64,000 bases of DNA from Eledone cirrhosa (Eukaryota). Positions 27,946 to 41,911 of this stretch are shown here, piece by piece (the first letter of the stretch is position 1; the number at the start of each line of letters is the position of its first letter). The notes beneath the pieces were generated by a model. That model was not told the origin of the DNA. It was given only the letters and a program-made list of their open reading frames with translations, and did no database searches. The stretch spans positions 223,324,001 to 223,388,000 of the forward strand of contig OZ024740.1 of NCBI GenBank assembly GCA_964016885.1. Direction: 5' to 3'. The translations under genes and the position numbers were made by a program.

Positions 27946-29047
27946 TAGAGATGAAATTCCAAACCTGGAAACTAGGCCTAGAATCTAAATGTCTTGAAGT
28001 CAACCCGGCAAAGTTTAAAGTCCTAGTAAGTAGAAGGGATAACAGGGCCAAGATCTCCTCTGGGAAATGGCCCTGCTCAATGTGCAGAAAAGGAGTAGGT
28101 AGAAATTCCATCCTATGTACCAAATGCAAGCAATAGGTACACAAGAAATGTAGTGGGATCTCAGGCAGGTTAACAAAGAATATAGTTTTTACTTGTGGCC
28201 AGTGCACAGGGGCAGTAAGTAGCAAGAACCCTCAGGATACAACCACCTTCAACTGCTCAGAGGGCTCTGTTGAAGTGGTATATAGTTTCCATTACTTGGG
28301 TGACCAAATCAGTAGTAGGGAAGGTGTTCTGAAAGCTCAGAAACCAGAGTGGGATTGGGTTGGAGAAAATTTAGGAAGCTACTATTGTTACTAACTACAA
28401 AACTTTTTCGTCAAAATGAAAGGCAGACTGTATGGTGCATGTATACAAACAACAATGTTGCACAGCAGTGAGACCTGGGCATTGTGTGCTGAGGACCTGC
28501 AAAGATTGAAAAGAAATGAAGCCTCTATGCTTTGCTGGATGTGCAATAGCAATATATGTGAACGGCAAAGTATAAATATACCACGTGAGAAATTAGGCAT
28601 AAGAGGGATCAGTTGTTGCTTGCAGGAGATGTCATTAGTATGGACATCTGACGCGTATGAAGAATGACAGCTGTATAATAAGGTGCAGAGCACTCAAAGT
28701 CGATGGTAGCCGTGGTGTGGGCAGGCCTAGAAAGACTTGGGATGAGATAATAAAAGCTTACCTTGCACAATTACACTTCTCAAAGGCAATGACACAGGAC
28801 TATGACCTCTGGGACTATGGACTTTTACAGAAACCCACCCACTATTATTCTCAGGCTGAGGCTTATACCCAGTAGGCAACACCTTCCTCAACCTTCTATC
28901 CCCTCTCATTCACATTTCTTAGTGGTAACCATACCTCCCTCCCCTACTACCCTGGGTGAGCTAAACCTGGTCCTCTGAACTGATTTTTCCCTGAGGATCA
29001 ATCCGTCCTACCCATGAAAGATGGACGCTAAGCGACGAGGTTGATGA
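27945..29047 (+). mobile_element. RTE-clade LINE 3' part with PHD-type finger inside the RT region
   Basis: WKLGLESKCLEVNPAKFKVLV, then WPCSMCRKGVGRNSILCTKC..HKKC..FTCGQC, EVV..FHYLGD, MLHSSETW, GRPRKTW; inserted in (TA)n. Confidence 0.85.
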
Positions 29048-29224
29048 TATATTTATGTGTGTATATATATATATATATATATAAAGCATGTATGTATATG
29101 TATGATATGTGTATGTATATTATATATATATGCAAATATATATATATGTGTATGTCATTATCATGATGTGTGCATGTATGTACGTATATGTCTATTTATA
29201 TATATATATATATTAAGCTGGTAC

Positions 29225-29565
29225 CACAAAACATCCTGGCCACACTGTAAAGTGATCATATAGGTGTCATGGAAAAAAAGCACCCAGCTCACACTGTTAA
29301 TGTGGTTGGTGTTAGGAAGGGCATCCAGCCATAGAAAACCAGCCTAAAAAGCACCCAGCCCATACTGTAAAGTGGACAGTGTAAGAGACATGGCAAAAAG
29401 CAGCCACCACACACTGTCAATGTGGTTGGCATTAGGAAGCGCATCCAACCGAAGAAAACCAGCCAGAAACACTCCTATATGAGCGAGACACAGATACCTG
29501 AACCAACTTGCCTCTAAATGGTCTAACCCATGCTAGCGTGTAAGATAGATGTTAATCGATGATAT
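29225..29565 (+). mobile_element. RTE-tail non-autonomous repeat with internal duplication
   Basis: Two units of 'cacactgtaaagtg..aaaaagcacccag..cactgt.aatgtggttgg..ttaggaag.gcatcca' followed by aacccatgctagcgt and a GAT tail. Confidence 0.7.
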
Positions 29566-32500
29566 AGTAAAATTACACAAGAAAAAACGAAATACATGAG
29601 GAATGAACCAAAACATTAATCTTCCTCTTCACCTGCGTGCATGTGTGTGTGTATGTGTGTGTCACTAAAACTTTGAAGTTACTGTTACTTTCTCTTCATT
29701 GAGTGCTCATTCAGCTAATAGTTAATGTTTGAACATTTTATGTACACTAGAATTTATAGCATGAATTTTAGAACTGGATGTTTCCTATTCCCTGGTGAGA
29801 TGCCCCCACTCCCATGGCAAGCAGCATATGGACTGTACCAGTCTCATTTTTACACCCCTGTCCAATCAGTACCTCCCAAACTTGGCCAAGGGATACTGAG
29901 TACCCTAAATCTTATAATATGCTATTGCTCATGCCATGATGAAATGCATCTAGCCCTCTCTGTAAAGTGTCATTGCTAGCACACAGTTCAACTTATAAGG
30001 GGGTACTGTAGGAGACATGCAGTGCAAGCTGAAAATTGGTTAGCATTAGGAAGGGCACAGATAAATTGTATGAGCAAGATGTTACCTGACCTGTCTAGCT
30101 TTAATACATGGCAGCCTGCCTAACCCTTGCAAGCATGGAAAATAGAAGTAAAATGATGATGATGATATAATATTTAGCTATTTATTTTACACATCATTTT
30201 GAATGTTTATTATTTCTATAGAGTAATCCTTTATATAAATTTACTTATCACATGTATGTGAATGGTTCTATTAACATATATTTGCTTTTTAGTTTATATT
30301 ATTTAGTGCCAAAAGTAGAAACAGTTATTTAACTTGGGTAAAATCATGAAATATTTATCAAGATAAATGTTGAAACAAATGTATCTTAATTTCTTTGTAT
30401 TGATTGAAAGTTGTTTAATTGTCTCCCTCGAATTAACAAAAACAAAATCAACAGCATCTTGATCAAACAATTCATTTACTGAAAGTAGAAATGTAGACTA
30501 ATTGAGAAAATGGAATGATTGTGTGAGGAAAAAACGAAATAACTAAAGAATAGAAACGATAACACATTTACCAAAACATTCAATATATTTTTATTATATT
30601 ATTATGACTGATTGGACGAAGGAATATGAAGTTTTGACAAGGCAGCAAATTGCTTTTATAGGATTATATTCTGTTGTACATTAGCGAAAATTATTCAAAC
30701 TATATTTTTATGCTGATCAATTAAGAATATTTTTTCTCTGATTTCTCGTATAAATGCACCTGTTGAAACTACTAATGACTATTATATTATTTTACCTTTA
30801 ATGTTGAGTTAATTGCTTCGAAAAACCAAAAACAAAGAAAAAAGGGAATATTTGTTTGCTATGGGGCAGTTGTATAGATACTCTGTTGGTGTATTATACA
30901 AATTATTTTATTACAAATTTTATTACCTCTCCTATCACCCAGTTTATCAATATCATTATTTTAGATAAATTAATGCACAGCAAATTATAAAATAAATGTC
31001 ACAACTACTTTTTACGTTGGTGTTGCTCTTCAGTTTGTTTTGTTTGTGGGTTTTTTTTTATTGATATTGTTCAACCAAAGAATGAATTTGTTCAGCATTA
31101 AAATGTGTTTTAGATGTATCAGATACATTCTATCATTTGTAATACCTTTTAGTTAAATAGTTTATATGAACAGAATACATATAATTTATATTTTCAACAG
31201 CAATATCTTCTAGATCCATTACGCCAAGCTTGACAAATTTTCAAAATACATTTTAATGAATTTGCTGATGTGTCACCTCTTGATAATGATAAATTAGAAA
31301 ATACTTGACATGTAATGTTAACTGAAATTCTGGTGTTATTTATTTAAATACCATCTCTACTTTCAAATAACTTTCTTCAAAAGTGATTCAATATCCATTA
31401 ATCCAAATTTTATCATAGATATTTGCTTTGCCTTTGAGCAAGATATATTACTCAATCTGAATTCAAATTAATTAGTTGGAAAATAAGAATGATTTTAATG
31501 ATAAAAATGGCATTAAGAAGAGCATATTGCCTTAAAAATATATTTTAAAATCATTCAAACAACATTAACTTTAAAGTGTTGTATCACTTCACAAATTTTA
31601 GTATTCATTATGGTTTTCTTAAATTACATTGGTAAATGTGGCAATGTTATTCATGAGATTAATGAAAGAGAAGAAGCTAACATCAATGCTACATTGTAAT
31701 AAGCACTCAACATTTTATCTTACTGTTTCCTAGTTTCGTATGCTTCTTAAAAGATAATGGAATGGCAGAATGAGAGTGTAGAATAGAATGCATTACAATA
31801 TATTTTATAGCTCTACGCACTCTGAGTTCAAATCCCAGTGAGGTTCACCATCTATCACATTTTGAAAGTTGATAAATAAAGTACTATCCCAAGGGTGGGA
31901 CTTTGTGTTATGATGACATTGCCTACATAGACACTGCTGTTAAGTTGGTTGGACTTAGGTTGTATTGAAAATGGAGACTTGTATGTATGATCATGCAAGT
32001 TTTCCTTCCTGCATCCTGGAAAGGATCTTTCTAGATTCAGATCCACAATCTCAGGAAGAATACAGTACAGAAGACTTTGATAAATATTTATTAATAACAT
32101 GTGATTTAAGTGTACTGTCTTTAGCAATGTGTCTAGTGAACAATTACTATAACTGATGATGCTTTTAATGGAGTTGAATAGAAAGTCTTAAAGTAAAACA
32201 ATGTGAAATATCTCCATGTAAATCAATAGAATAAAGTTTATTGTTCGTGTTAAAAAGATGAACAGAAATCATCATCGTCATCATTGTGTTTACATCTGTG
32301 CTTTTTAAAATGCTGCTGGAATGAGTTGGATGAAACATTTTGTAACATGATTTCTGCAGGTACTCTAGGGTCCCAAGTAATAGGGGGTAACCTTTTTAGG
32401 TTGTCTCCCTTGTTTATCTTTAAAAACCAGAATTTGTCATTTAGTTTACATATTGAGATTGCAACCGATCCTATTATATAACATATGGGATTTCATGTAA

Positions 32501-33469
32501 GGTACTTTTGTTTAATGTCTAAATATCGCAGCAATGCTGCCACTTAAAATAAAATTTCACGGGAGATAGATTAGCAAAATTTGATATGTAGGAGGTGGGG
32601 TGGTGGTATAAGAACAGGGGTGGTGGTTTAAGAGCAGGGAGTGGTGGAAAAAATTTGAAAAATTAGTAAGTAGGGTAGGGGTAGAAAGATGATTATTCAA
32701 GACCTGAGTGTAGATGCCTTCCTTGATACCAAACAATACTTATATGTAACTATGTTATATACAGCTCATCAACAATGAAATGCTATGTTGAGGGATATAT
32801 TGTTTAGGCAAGATGTAAGTCTCCTGTTGCTTTCAGAGTTGTTGATAAAGTATTGACAGTAAACTGATACATACGCACACATGCATTCACACATACACAT
32901 GACAAGCTTTTTTACCATTTTCCTCTACGAAATTCACTAACAAAATATTGGCTGAACAGAGGCTAACCTTTGCCCCAAGCTGTAACACAGTGGGATGAAG
33001 CCTGAAACGCTGGGATTTTGAAACAAACTACTTAACCACACAACCATGTCTTAATTTATTAATAGGGAAAGAAATCCATAATAAAATCACAATCTCTGAA
33101 CAAAGTTTTAGTTCTAAAGAATTTATTTTTATGGTGAAAGGCTTCAGAAAATATTGCCTTATAATATGCCATAATGTAGTACTTTTAAATTCATATTTGG
33201 TTCGTTAGTAGTGATATAGGGTTCTCAGAATTTGAGATTTGTATCAGTGATTCTAGTATTCTCTATTACTTATTTGTGAAAGTGTTGTAGATGGGTGGGT
33301 GTCTCAAACAAATTTTCCAGCAGGTCCTCTCAGAAGAAACCGTTTCCAACTGATCCAGTTGGATCCCCAAATGCGAATAACCTAGATTGAGGATGTTATC
33401 CACCCATTTTGCTGCCAGTCAACCCCTGAGCCTCCTGCCAGTCGGTTTTGCCTACAACATCAAAACCTT

Positions 33470-33645
33470 ACATGTAAGGAGCAGAAATTAGTGGAGGAGG
33501 CTAGATGCTACAAGCTGGATATAGTTGGGGTTTCCTTAACAAAGTTCCATGGTTCTGGTAACGTAGATTGCAATGGAAGATAGAAACTCCACTATTCAGG
33601 TGTGATGCCAGAAATTAAAGCACAGGCATGAGTTGGGATACTCTA
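33470..33645 (+). mobile_element. RTE APE-endonuclease N-terminal remnant
   Basis: Translates KLVEEARCYKLDIVGVSLTKFHGSG..KLHYSGV..AQA*VGIL, the pattern of RTE (Expander/Rex3-type) endonuclease N-termini. Confidence 0.6.
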
Positions 33646-34153
33646 TTACTCTACCTTTTATTTCCCCCAATATCCTTTGCACAATTGTTTCCCTTTTTAA
33701 GATAATCATGTCATTCCAGTTAAATATATTGCATTCTGATTTATTCCTGTGAGGTGAAAGAGCTGATTAACCCTTTAACATTTACATTACTTTATATTTA
33801 CTATTATATTCTCACAGTAAAGGCTTTATTTCACACAATTATCTCACATAATATCTAATCTATGAGATTTTGATATTATTTATTTTAAGAACAATACCTT
33901 AACATAAATATGAACAGACAGTTATGGCCAGTTTGAACAGAAAGAGGTGAAATAATACAGCTGGATATGGCAGGTTTAAATGCAAACGGTTAAACAGAAT
34001 GGCATTAGGTAGGGCAAAGGAAGCAAGGTTGCTTCCTTTTGCTTTTTCTGAGATCAAGTAAGTGACAGTCACTACTTTAAAGCTCATAGCAATTGGTGTT
34101 CAAAATGTTTTAAAATAAACATACAGTATATTATCAAATATACTATACATACA

Positions 34154-34245
34154 TTCATACATACATCGCTATTTCAAAGCACATACTAATTCCATATATA
34201 TATATATATATAGATATAGATATATATAGATATAGATATATATAT

Positions 34246-34289
<44 letters not shown>

Positions 34290-34327
34290 AATTAGTATGT
34301 GCTTTGAAATAGCAATGTATGTATGAA
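34154..34327. repeat. inverted repeat, 40-bp arms around a (TA)/(TAGA) microsatellite
   Basis: 34154-34193 is the reverse complement of 34288-34327 with one mismatch. Confidence 0.92.
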
Positions 34328-34590
34328 GGTTGTGAGTTCAATTCTCAGACCATGTGATGTGTTGTTTCCTTGAGCAAGACACTTTATTTCACATTGCTCC
34401 AGTTTACTCAGCTGTAGAAATGAGATGATAGGAACTGGGGTACCTATCATGCCACGGCAAAAAAGCACCCAGCACTCACTGTAAATGAGGTTGGTGTTAG
34501 GAAGGGCATCCAGCTGTAGAAATCAAGCCAGAATCAGTTCCCGTCCCACCCTTGCAAGCAGGGAAAAGTGGACGTTAAATGAAATGATGA
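34328..34590 (+). mobile_element. 5'-truncated SINE family B
   Basis: Near-identical to the reverse complement of 12758-13050, lacking a ~25-bp internal segment. Confidence 0.85.
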
Positions 34591-34687
34591 TATATGTTCA
34601 TATATATATATATATATGTTCATATATATATATACACACACACACACATATATACATATGAGTTATACCGAACATTAAGAACATTAA

Positions 34688-34868
34688 TAATAATTGTTTC
34701 TACTTTTGTCACAAGGCCAGCAATTATCCCAGTGTATTACTGGTACTTTAGTTTATCGACCCCGTAAGGATGAAAGGCAAAGTTAACCTCAGCGGGATTT
34801 GAATTCAGAACATAAAGGTCCGTAACTCTTTGCTGCAAAGCATAACGTTCGACCCTCTACCGATACTA
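34688..34868 (-). mobile_element. SINE family A
   Basis: Reverse complement of the family A sequence, slightly 5'-truncated. Confidence 0.85.
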
Positions 34869-35699
34869 TTCAATTCATTTGTAAACAAACAGTCCGATTA
34901 AAGCTCTGCCATGCCGATGACCAATCGTCATCCGTTTGATCAACACGTGCATCAAGGAACAATCAACATGTTTCTGGGTCATTATCTTTTATCAAGACTG
35001 TATACCTCTGCCTATCTGTTGAATGGTTGAAAATATATTATATTTTTTGAAGTATCAGCTGAGTAGCCTCATTTGCACACTGAGTGAGTTAAGGCTGGCC
35101 TAGCTGAAAATTAAAATAAAATTAGAATTTTGTTTCTTGCTCTAGCACAGCTGATACATAATTGTAAGTATGCATATGAGCATACATACACACACATATA
35201 TATATACACTCACATATATACATATGGGTTATATGTTGATTGTTCCTCAATGCCAGTGTTGAACAAATGGATAATGAATATTATTATGATTAATGTTCAA
35301 TATAACACATACGTACATATGTATATATGTGTGTGTGTATATATATATATATATATACACCGGTGCTTCTCTGTCCCCACCCTACAGTGGTATATATTTT
35401 TCCATCCAATAGTCTATATTTCTTAATATTTGCTAATTTTAAATATATATTCTAATGTCCTCCATGACGATAACATTCTTGACACAGATCACTAAATTGT
35501 GCTTTTAATTTAAACATCTAAATGATTATGGAACTATTTTCTCAAACATATACATACTCCTATATTTGTATACTATTTTCCTTTATTATTTTCAGATCGA
35601 GATCTTTGGCACTATGCAGTTGTACAGAAGGCCCACCTTCACTTGCATACAAACTTAAAATTAGAGTCAGAAGGCACCTCTTAACCCAATATACCCCCC

Positions 35700-36005
35700 C
35701 CCCTATCCTATTCTGTCCTCCCATTTCCGTCCACTGTAAAGTGGTCTTGTCAGTGACATGACAAAAAGCACCCAATCCACACTGAAAAGTGGTTGTGTAG
35801 GAGACACGGTAAAAAGGCTCCCAGTCCACACTGTTAATGTGGTTGGTGTTAGGAAGGGCCTCCAGCCATAGAAAACCTGCCAGGGACAGTTCCGTATGAG
35901 CGAGACATGGTCATCCGATCAATCTTGCCTCAAGTGAAACAAAACTGTCCAACCCATGCTAGCATGGAAGATGGACGTTAAACGATGATGATAATGATGA
36001 TGATA
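35700..36005 (+). mobile_element. RTE-tail non-autonomous repeat
   Basis: Repeated 'ccac(a)ctg.aaagtggt..aaaag.ccca' units, ttaggaagggc, aacccatgctagcatggaagatggacgttaaac(gat)n; shorter copies at ~40950-41093 and ~63660-63845. Confidence 0.7.
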
Positions 36006-38229
36006 TAAATTCTACCCTGTCATTTTCACTCTACTGCTGGATGAAGCCTCAGAAAATATACGGATTTTAGGCTAAACTAGGTTTTAGCAGTCTACAGTAT
36101 CAGAAATCAGAATGCAAAGACTTCAGACCCCCAAGTATCTCACCTGAGATTCTACCATTTCTGAAAATCCGCCTCCCTAGACTGGTACTTTATTAACGCT
36201 GGAAGAATAAAATGCAAAGCTGACCTCAGGATTTGAAATCAGAGCACAAAGAACCAGAACATATAACACAAAGCATTTAATCTAACAAATCTACCAGTTT
36301 GATGCCTTTTACTATATATGTTTATATAAGAAATTCATCTCTTTATAATCTTTCAATATACATGACCTTCTAGTAAACTGTTGAATATAAGACACACATC
36401 CAAAGTGTTATTAATTTTCTACAAAGAAATAACACATTTCAAATTAGTACAAATTGTTATATAGTTACAGCATTTATTATATTTTATGCATTTCATATAA
36501 GGAGATCAAAAGAGTTGAGGTTTATATTTTATATTTCAATCAGTTTCTTATTTTAAATGTTTATAATATTTTGAATTTTATACAATATTTTTAACAAAAA
36601 TCTTTGTTCGAAATTATTTATATATATTTTTTTTCAAGAAGATTATTTTTTTAAAGTTGAAATATATGATATAAAAAAGATATTGAAAATCAAGGAACAG
36701 TGAACGAATTTGACAATTTGATTTAGATTGATTATTATATTGTCAATCTAGATTAAATTATCTTAATTTTATTGCTGAAAAGAAAAATGATTTTTGGTTG
36801 CGTGATTTATGAAGAAGTTTGATTAGAAAATTAAAGTTTGAAAATAACAGGTACGAGAATGATTTTCAGCTGTAAATTTAAGTAATGTAATATTTATAGC
36901 TTTTGTCATATGAAAATATAACTCTATAATAAATAACAACAAAAGTTAAATGAAAAGATTTTAAAGAGGGTTATCAAAGATGAAATCACTTAATAAATTA
37001 AATTTCTTTTCAATGTCTGCATACTGAATAGTGATTTATTATTTTCTTCTTATTTTCTTCTATTTTCTCCCAGTATCAATGAAATCAATATAGATTAATT
37101 GAATAAATGTAAATGAAAAATCAATATGCCACATCAGCAATAGAAAAAGCAAAATTTTCTAATCAAAGAAAATCATTACTAACTACTTTAGTTTAACTTA
37201 TTAGTAATAAGTTATATGGAGTAATACCAGAAGTTGTAAAATGCTTAACTAAATAATTTCCTTTTAAATTGTGAGTTCAAATCCTGATGTTACTTTTAAT
37301 ATTGCCAGGATTCATGAAAACAAATATCAACAGTGTACTCATTTTAATTTTAACATCAATTATCAACAAAGTTAAAAAATAACAAATTACTGAGAATATA
37401 ATCATTATCTTCATTGCAATTATGGACACACCATATATATTTACATACAAAAGTGTGTATGAGTGTTATATATATATATAAAACATATTTTAATGTAAGC
37501 AAAAATCTCAATTTTTGGGGATGTAAACTAGACCCTAGACCAACTAAAATTAGTGAGTTTTACAAAGAGTGTCCCCAACCATGGTTTCTGGAATTAAGAA
37601 AAAATATTAATTATTTCAATACATTGAAACAACCAATATTGAAAGAATTTATTCTGACTTCAGGAGAAACATTTTTGAGAACTAGAGGAAATATTGAATA
37701 GATAGTATGCAGACTATATCGTTGCTGTGTGTGCATGCATCCATGTTCTGTGGTCCTTATTTCGGAGGAGGCATAATGTCAGTCTTTCAAGAGGTTATTG
37801 TTTGAGAAATTTTCTGAGTGCAATGAAGTTTTGCAATTGTGAATTTCTTCATAAAAAATATAATTATATGAAGCTGCTTCTTTCAGTTAGCTTCATCAAA
37901 TCACTGTTGCAGTGGCTCTAAGTCAGCTGTGATTGCATGGGGAATACCTAACGTTCTTTCTATCAAAGTGCCATACTCTTTGATCATATTCTTAAAAATT
38001 TAGGCATGGTGAGAAACCACTGCTACCCTCCCTTGTGTTTACAGTGAATGATAAGTTTGTGCTTATTTGGTATCTTCTTATATCTGATTTCAGCAGTTTT
38101 AGGGTTTGATCAGTGGGAATTTCTTAGTGTGTGTGTGTGTGTGCTTCATTGTGTTGTTTAATGTCTTCCCCAATCATGTTAGAGAAGCTTTCACTGCCAA
38201 CCTCCCTTGAAGTTGCAAACTGCCTCAGG

Positions 38230-38930
38230 CTTTAAGCATCAACACACTCAGTATTAAATTCAATTGTAATTATGAAGCTGTCTCATAAAGCCATGATGCT
38301 GTAATCTGCATTAGCTTATACTGGCAATGACAAGGCAGGATATGTCGCCTTCATAAATATCTTGCTTTAATCAAGTGGCAGCAAAAGTGATGTATTTAGA
38401 GGCAGGAGCAACACTTCGGCATGAGTAACCACATCCTCAGGGATGTAAGATGGCTTGGAGCATTGCTAATTTTAGGAACGTAATACATTGATGGCCAATG
38501 TTACTCAAAATGTTTCTTGAGTTTTATATAAAGCAGTGTTGAAACCAATTGAGAAACAAAAAAATATGACTGCTGCTCATTATAATGTTGCTAATGCATG
38601 GATATCATATGTTTGATTTTGTTCTTAAGAGTACATCAATTTAGCTGTGTACAGAACGCACACTTTGATCATATAAACTTCTGTTTCCCTAAAGCACCAA
38701 AGTAAGACTATTTTAAAGCCTTAAATCCCAGAGCCTGGTGAGCATTCTTATGAATGCAAGTATGATTCAGATTTTCTTTCAGAAAAAAGGCTTTCTTCGT
38801 CACAGTTGAAATACTTTTTCTCTCAATTACTTTTAAAAATGTTCTAGGAATTATTCTTCACTGAATTTAAGGTTGTAACACATTATAAAGCTATGAAACC
38901 ATTCATGGCTACTTTTAAACCTTTAAGTAC
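38230..38930 (-). mobile_element. pogo/Tigger-like DDE transposase remnant
   Basis: Minus-strand motifs in the expected order: FNCDEESLF, GFKA..LTLVL.GN, FLNWFQHCF, SNAPSH, LLPLNTSLLLPLD; heavily frameshifted. Confidence 0.7.
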
Positions 38931-40029
38931 CACTCTCCTCAACCCCCTCAATGTAAAGTTGAAATGTTCATAAAAATAGGGTTCATAAGTTATGAGATTT
39001 ACTAATTACATTTAATTTTATATCATCAATATAAACATTTATCAGAAATAAAGAAGTTAATTTTTAAGTATATATATATATAGAAATTTATATTCGAATA
39101 TAAAGCAGAATAAAATAAAGACATATTTCTGAATCATTAAAATATTCACTCTACAAGTAAGATCCTTAAAAAACTACAGAATAACTATCATATCATATAG
39201 TCTTGTTCTAAACCTATTCTTTATTATGCATAGCTCTAATCTATACATATTTAATGTTTAATAGCTCTAATATATACACATCCTAATATATGTATGCCTG
39301 TGAATATATATTATATAGATAGCATATCTGTTGTGTTGTTAACACAGAGCAATCAACTGCCCTTTACACTCTTATTGACCTATAGCAGTATTGTAAGGTC
39401 TTATTAAGTTAGGAATATTAGAATAGTTTTTTTAAGTGTCTAATATATTTGGTAGAATGAATTGAATAAAATGAACAGATTTAACATTCAGTAAAGTAGT
39501 TAATGCCTAAATAATATTCAGTATTGTTGTTTTCATACATTTTATTTTTCTGGACTACATTCATTAGGTCTGTGGACTTTTCTCCACAAAGAAGACCTGG
39601 TTCTAGTTTTAGTTAGATGAGTATTTTAGGGAATTCAAATTTAAATAGAAGTCTCATATTGGAAAAGAAAGGGTCCTTAATTCTTGATAAAGTCTTAGAG
39701 GCACATTCCTCACACAGGGCATGTCTTCACCCTTAAAGACCTGGTGAAACCCATCGCCCTTCATGTCTGAACACAGCTAATTTCTTCCAGAAGAAGAAAA
39801 GAAAAAAGAAAGGAATCAGCTGTTAGTACCGGACTAGTACATTAAAAATTTCAAAAGAAGGAAAGAGAACGTTGACCTTGGTGAGATTTGATCTCAGCAC
39901 ACAGTGAGCCAGGTTAAATACAGAGGCATTTAATTTGGCACCCTAACAATTCTGCCAATTTGTGCATTCAGTCTCATGTCAAGAGGACTGAAAATGAGAA
40001 ATGAGTATATATAGAGTAGTGCAAAAATA

Positions 40030-40250
40030 ACTTTCTAGATTAGATTTGACTAACCCAAAATTCTTTATTGACTTTGGGGTGTCTGTAAAGAAAGTGCTTA
40101 TACAAACAAGCTCCAAACTGTTCAGGAACTGAAACATATTTGACAAGAAAAGCATTAGTTTAGGTACGTTATATACTGTAAAAACACTCCTTCAAAAGGC
40201 TTCAACTCTGACACTGTAAATGGAAGGTATTCATGTGATATTATATTCAA
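40030..40250 (+). mobile_element. Tc1/mariner transposase C-terminal remnant
   Basis: Fragments DLTNP, WG, AYTNKLQTVQELKHI and DIIF resemble SPDLTP-DFFLWG-LK-VY-NKP-T-ELK-I. Confidence 0.5.
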
Positions 40251-41647
40251 CAATTAGTTCAAAGTAATTTCTAGGGTAAATTTAAAGAGAGAATTTAAAT
40301 CTAATGGAACAATTAATTTACCGTTTTATTTAAAAAAGTTATTTCAGTTTTAGAACAGAAGTAATGTCAACTTGCAGTTATTTAGTAGCATAATTTGATC
40401 TAGTGAATATGTATACTTAATAATAATATATAAGGATTCCTATTCAAAACTTGTGAAGGCATCTAATGCATGTTAGAATTCAAAGAAAAACTTTCCATAA
40501 AAACTTATTTGACCTAAATGCTTGCAAATATAATTTGCCACCACCTTGCAAAATTTACCTTAGAAACCCTAGTTTGCAATATACATACTTAAACACAGAA
40601 AATCCCATTCTCTAAGTAACACAAGCTAATTATTATTCTAGACAAGATTTACACTTATTGCACCTCAATGATTACATCTAAACTTTTGTATCTGCATTTG
40701 GCATTGGCAATAATTATTCCATAGCATATGTATACATAGAATATTTGTACTAACTACATAGTATCTCATTCATGCTTAATCTGAATTACATTTAAAAACT
40801 ATAAGTTATGCATAAATTATGTTACTATTTCTTCAAATGAAAAGGTAGGTACCTAAATAGTGAAAATATAGTCGGAAAAATATATATTTTTAGTCAGTAT
40901 ATTTAGAAGAAACTTCACTTCTTTCTTCTGGGTATAATAAGACGTATTTGTGTTTGGAAGGGCATCCAACCGTAAAAAAACCTACCAGACAGTCCCATAC
41001 GAGCTAGATGACCAATCTTGCCTCAAGTGGGACAATTCCCGTCTAAACCCATGCTAGCGTGGAAGATAGACATTAAACGATGATGATGATGATATGTGTT
41101 AACATTAAACTGAGTGTTTAACGAAATCAAACTTCTTAAGTAATGCAACAATTTTGATTTTTAATTTTAGCAGATTTTGTAACATATGAATATTTTTATC
41201 AATCAATTTTACTATAGGATTCACACAAAATATTTCATATATGTTTAACAGGCTCAAACTTTAATAGATTTAACAGACCAAATAGGAATACAATTCTGTA
41301 CTACCACAAGTGTCATGGCAAAATATTCTTCTACTGCACTGGCAAGAAGTGAAGTAAAATTCAGATATCCTTTATTATAATTGAATAATTTTATATTGTG
41401 CATTAATGTACATTGTATTAGAATGTTTATTTTTCATGTAACAAAGACTAAAAATGCCCCCAAATTACCTTTGATTTAATTAAATTTCAGTATTAATAGA
41501 CACAGCTTGTCCTTATTTATCCATTAAATTTGGGGAATTTCAAACAAATGATTAAAAAAACTGCCCTAGTTTATTATACATATATTAATATGTTTGATAA
41601 AGAACTTAAGAATTTGCAAGAAACATACTGCAGTCTTTTTTGGTGTC

Positions 41648-41911
41648 TATCATTCATCATCATTTCATTTTACGTCCACTTTTCCCTGCTTGCAAGGGTG
41701 GGACGGGAACTGATTCTGGCTTGGTTTCTACAGCTGGATGCCCTTCCTAACACCAACCACATTTACAGCGAGTGCTGGGTGCTTTTTTGCCGTGGCACCA
41801 CCACGACCACTTTGCAGTGGAATGATATGGACCCCAGTCCCTATCATCTCATTTCTACAGCTGAGTAAACTGGAGCAATGTGAAATAAAGTGCCTTGCTC
41901 AAGGAAACAAC
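41648..41911 (-). mobile_element. 5'-truncated SINE family B
   Basis: Near-identical to 12765-13017; a more diverged 5' portion of the family lies at 42295-42411(-). Confidence 0.85.

Noticed and set aside
36030-36092. Hammerhead-like fold (actgct..agcct..aggct..agcagt)
   Set aside because: Both core boxes deviate (ctggatga, taaa); at best a dead relic.
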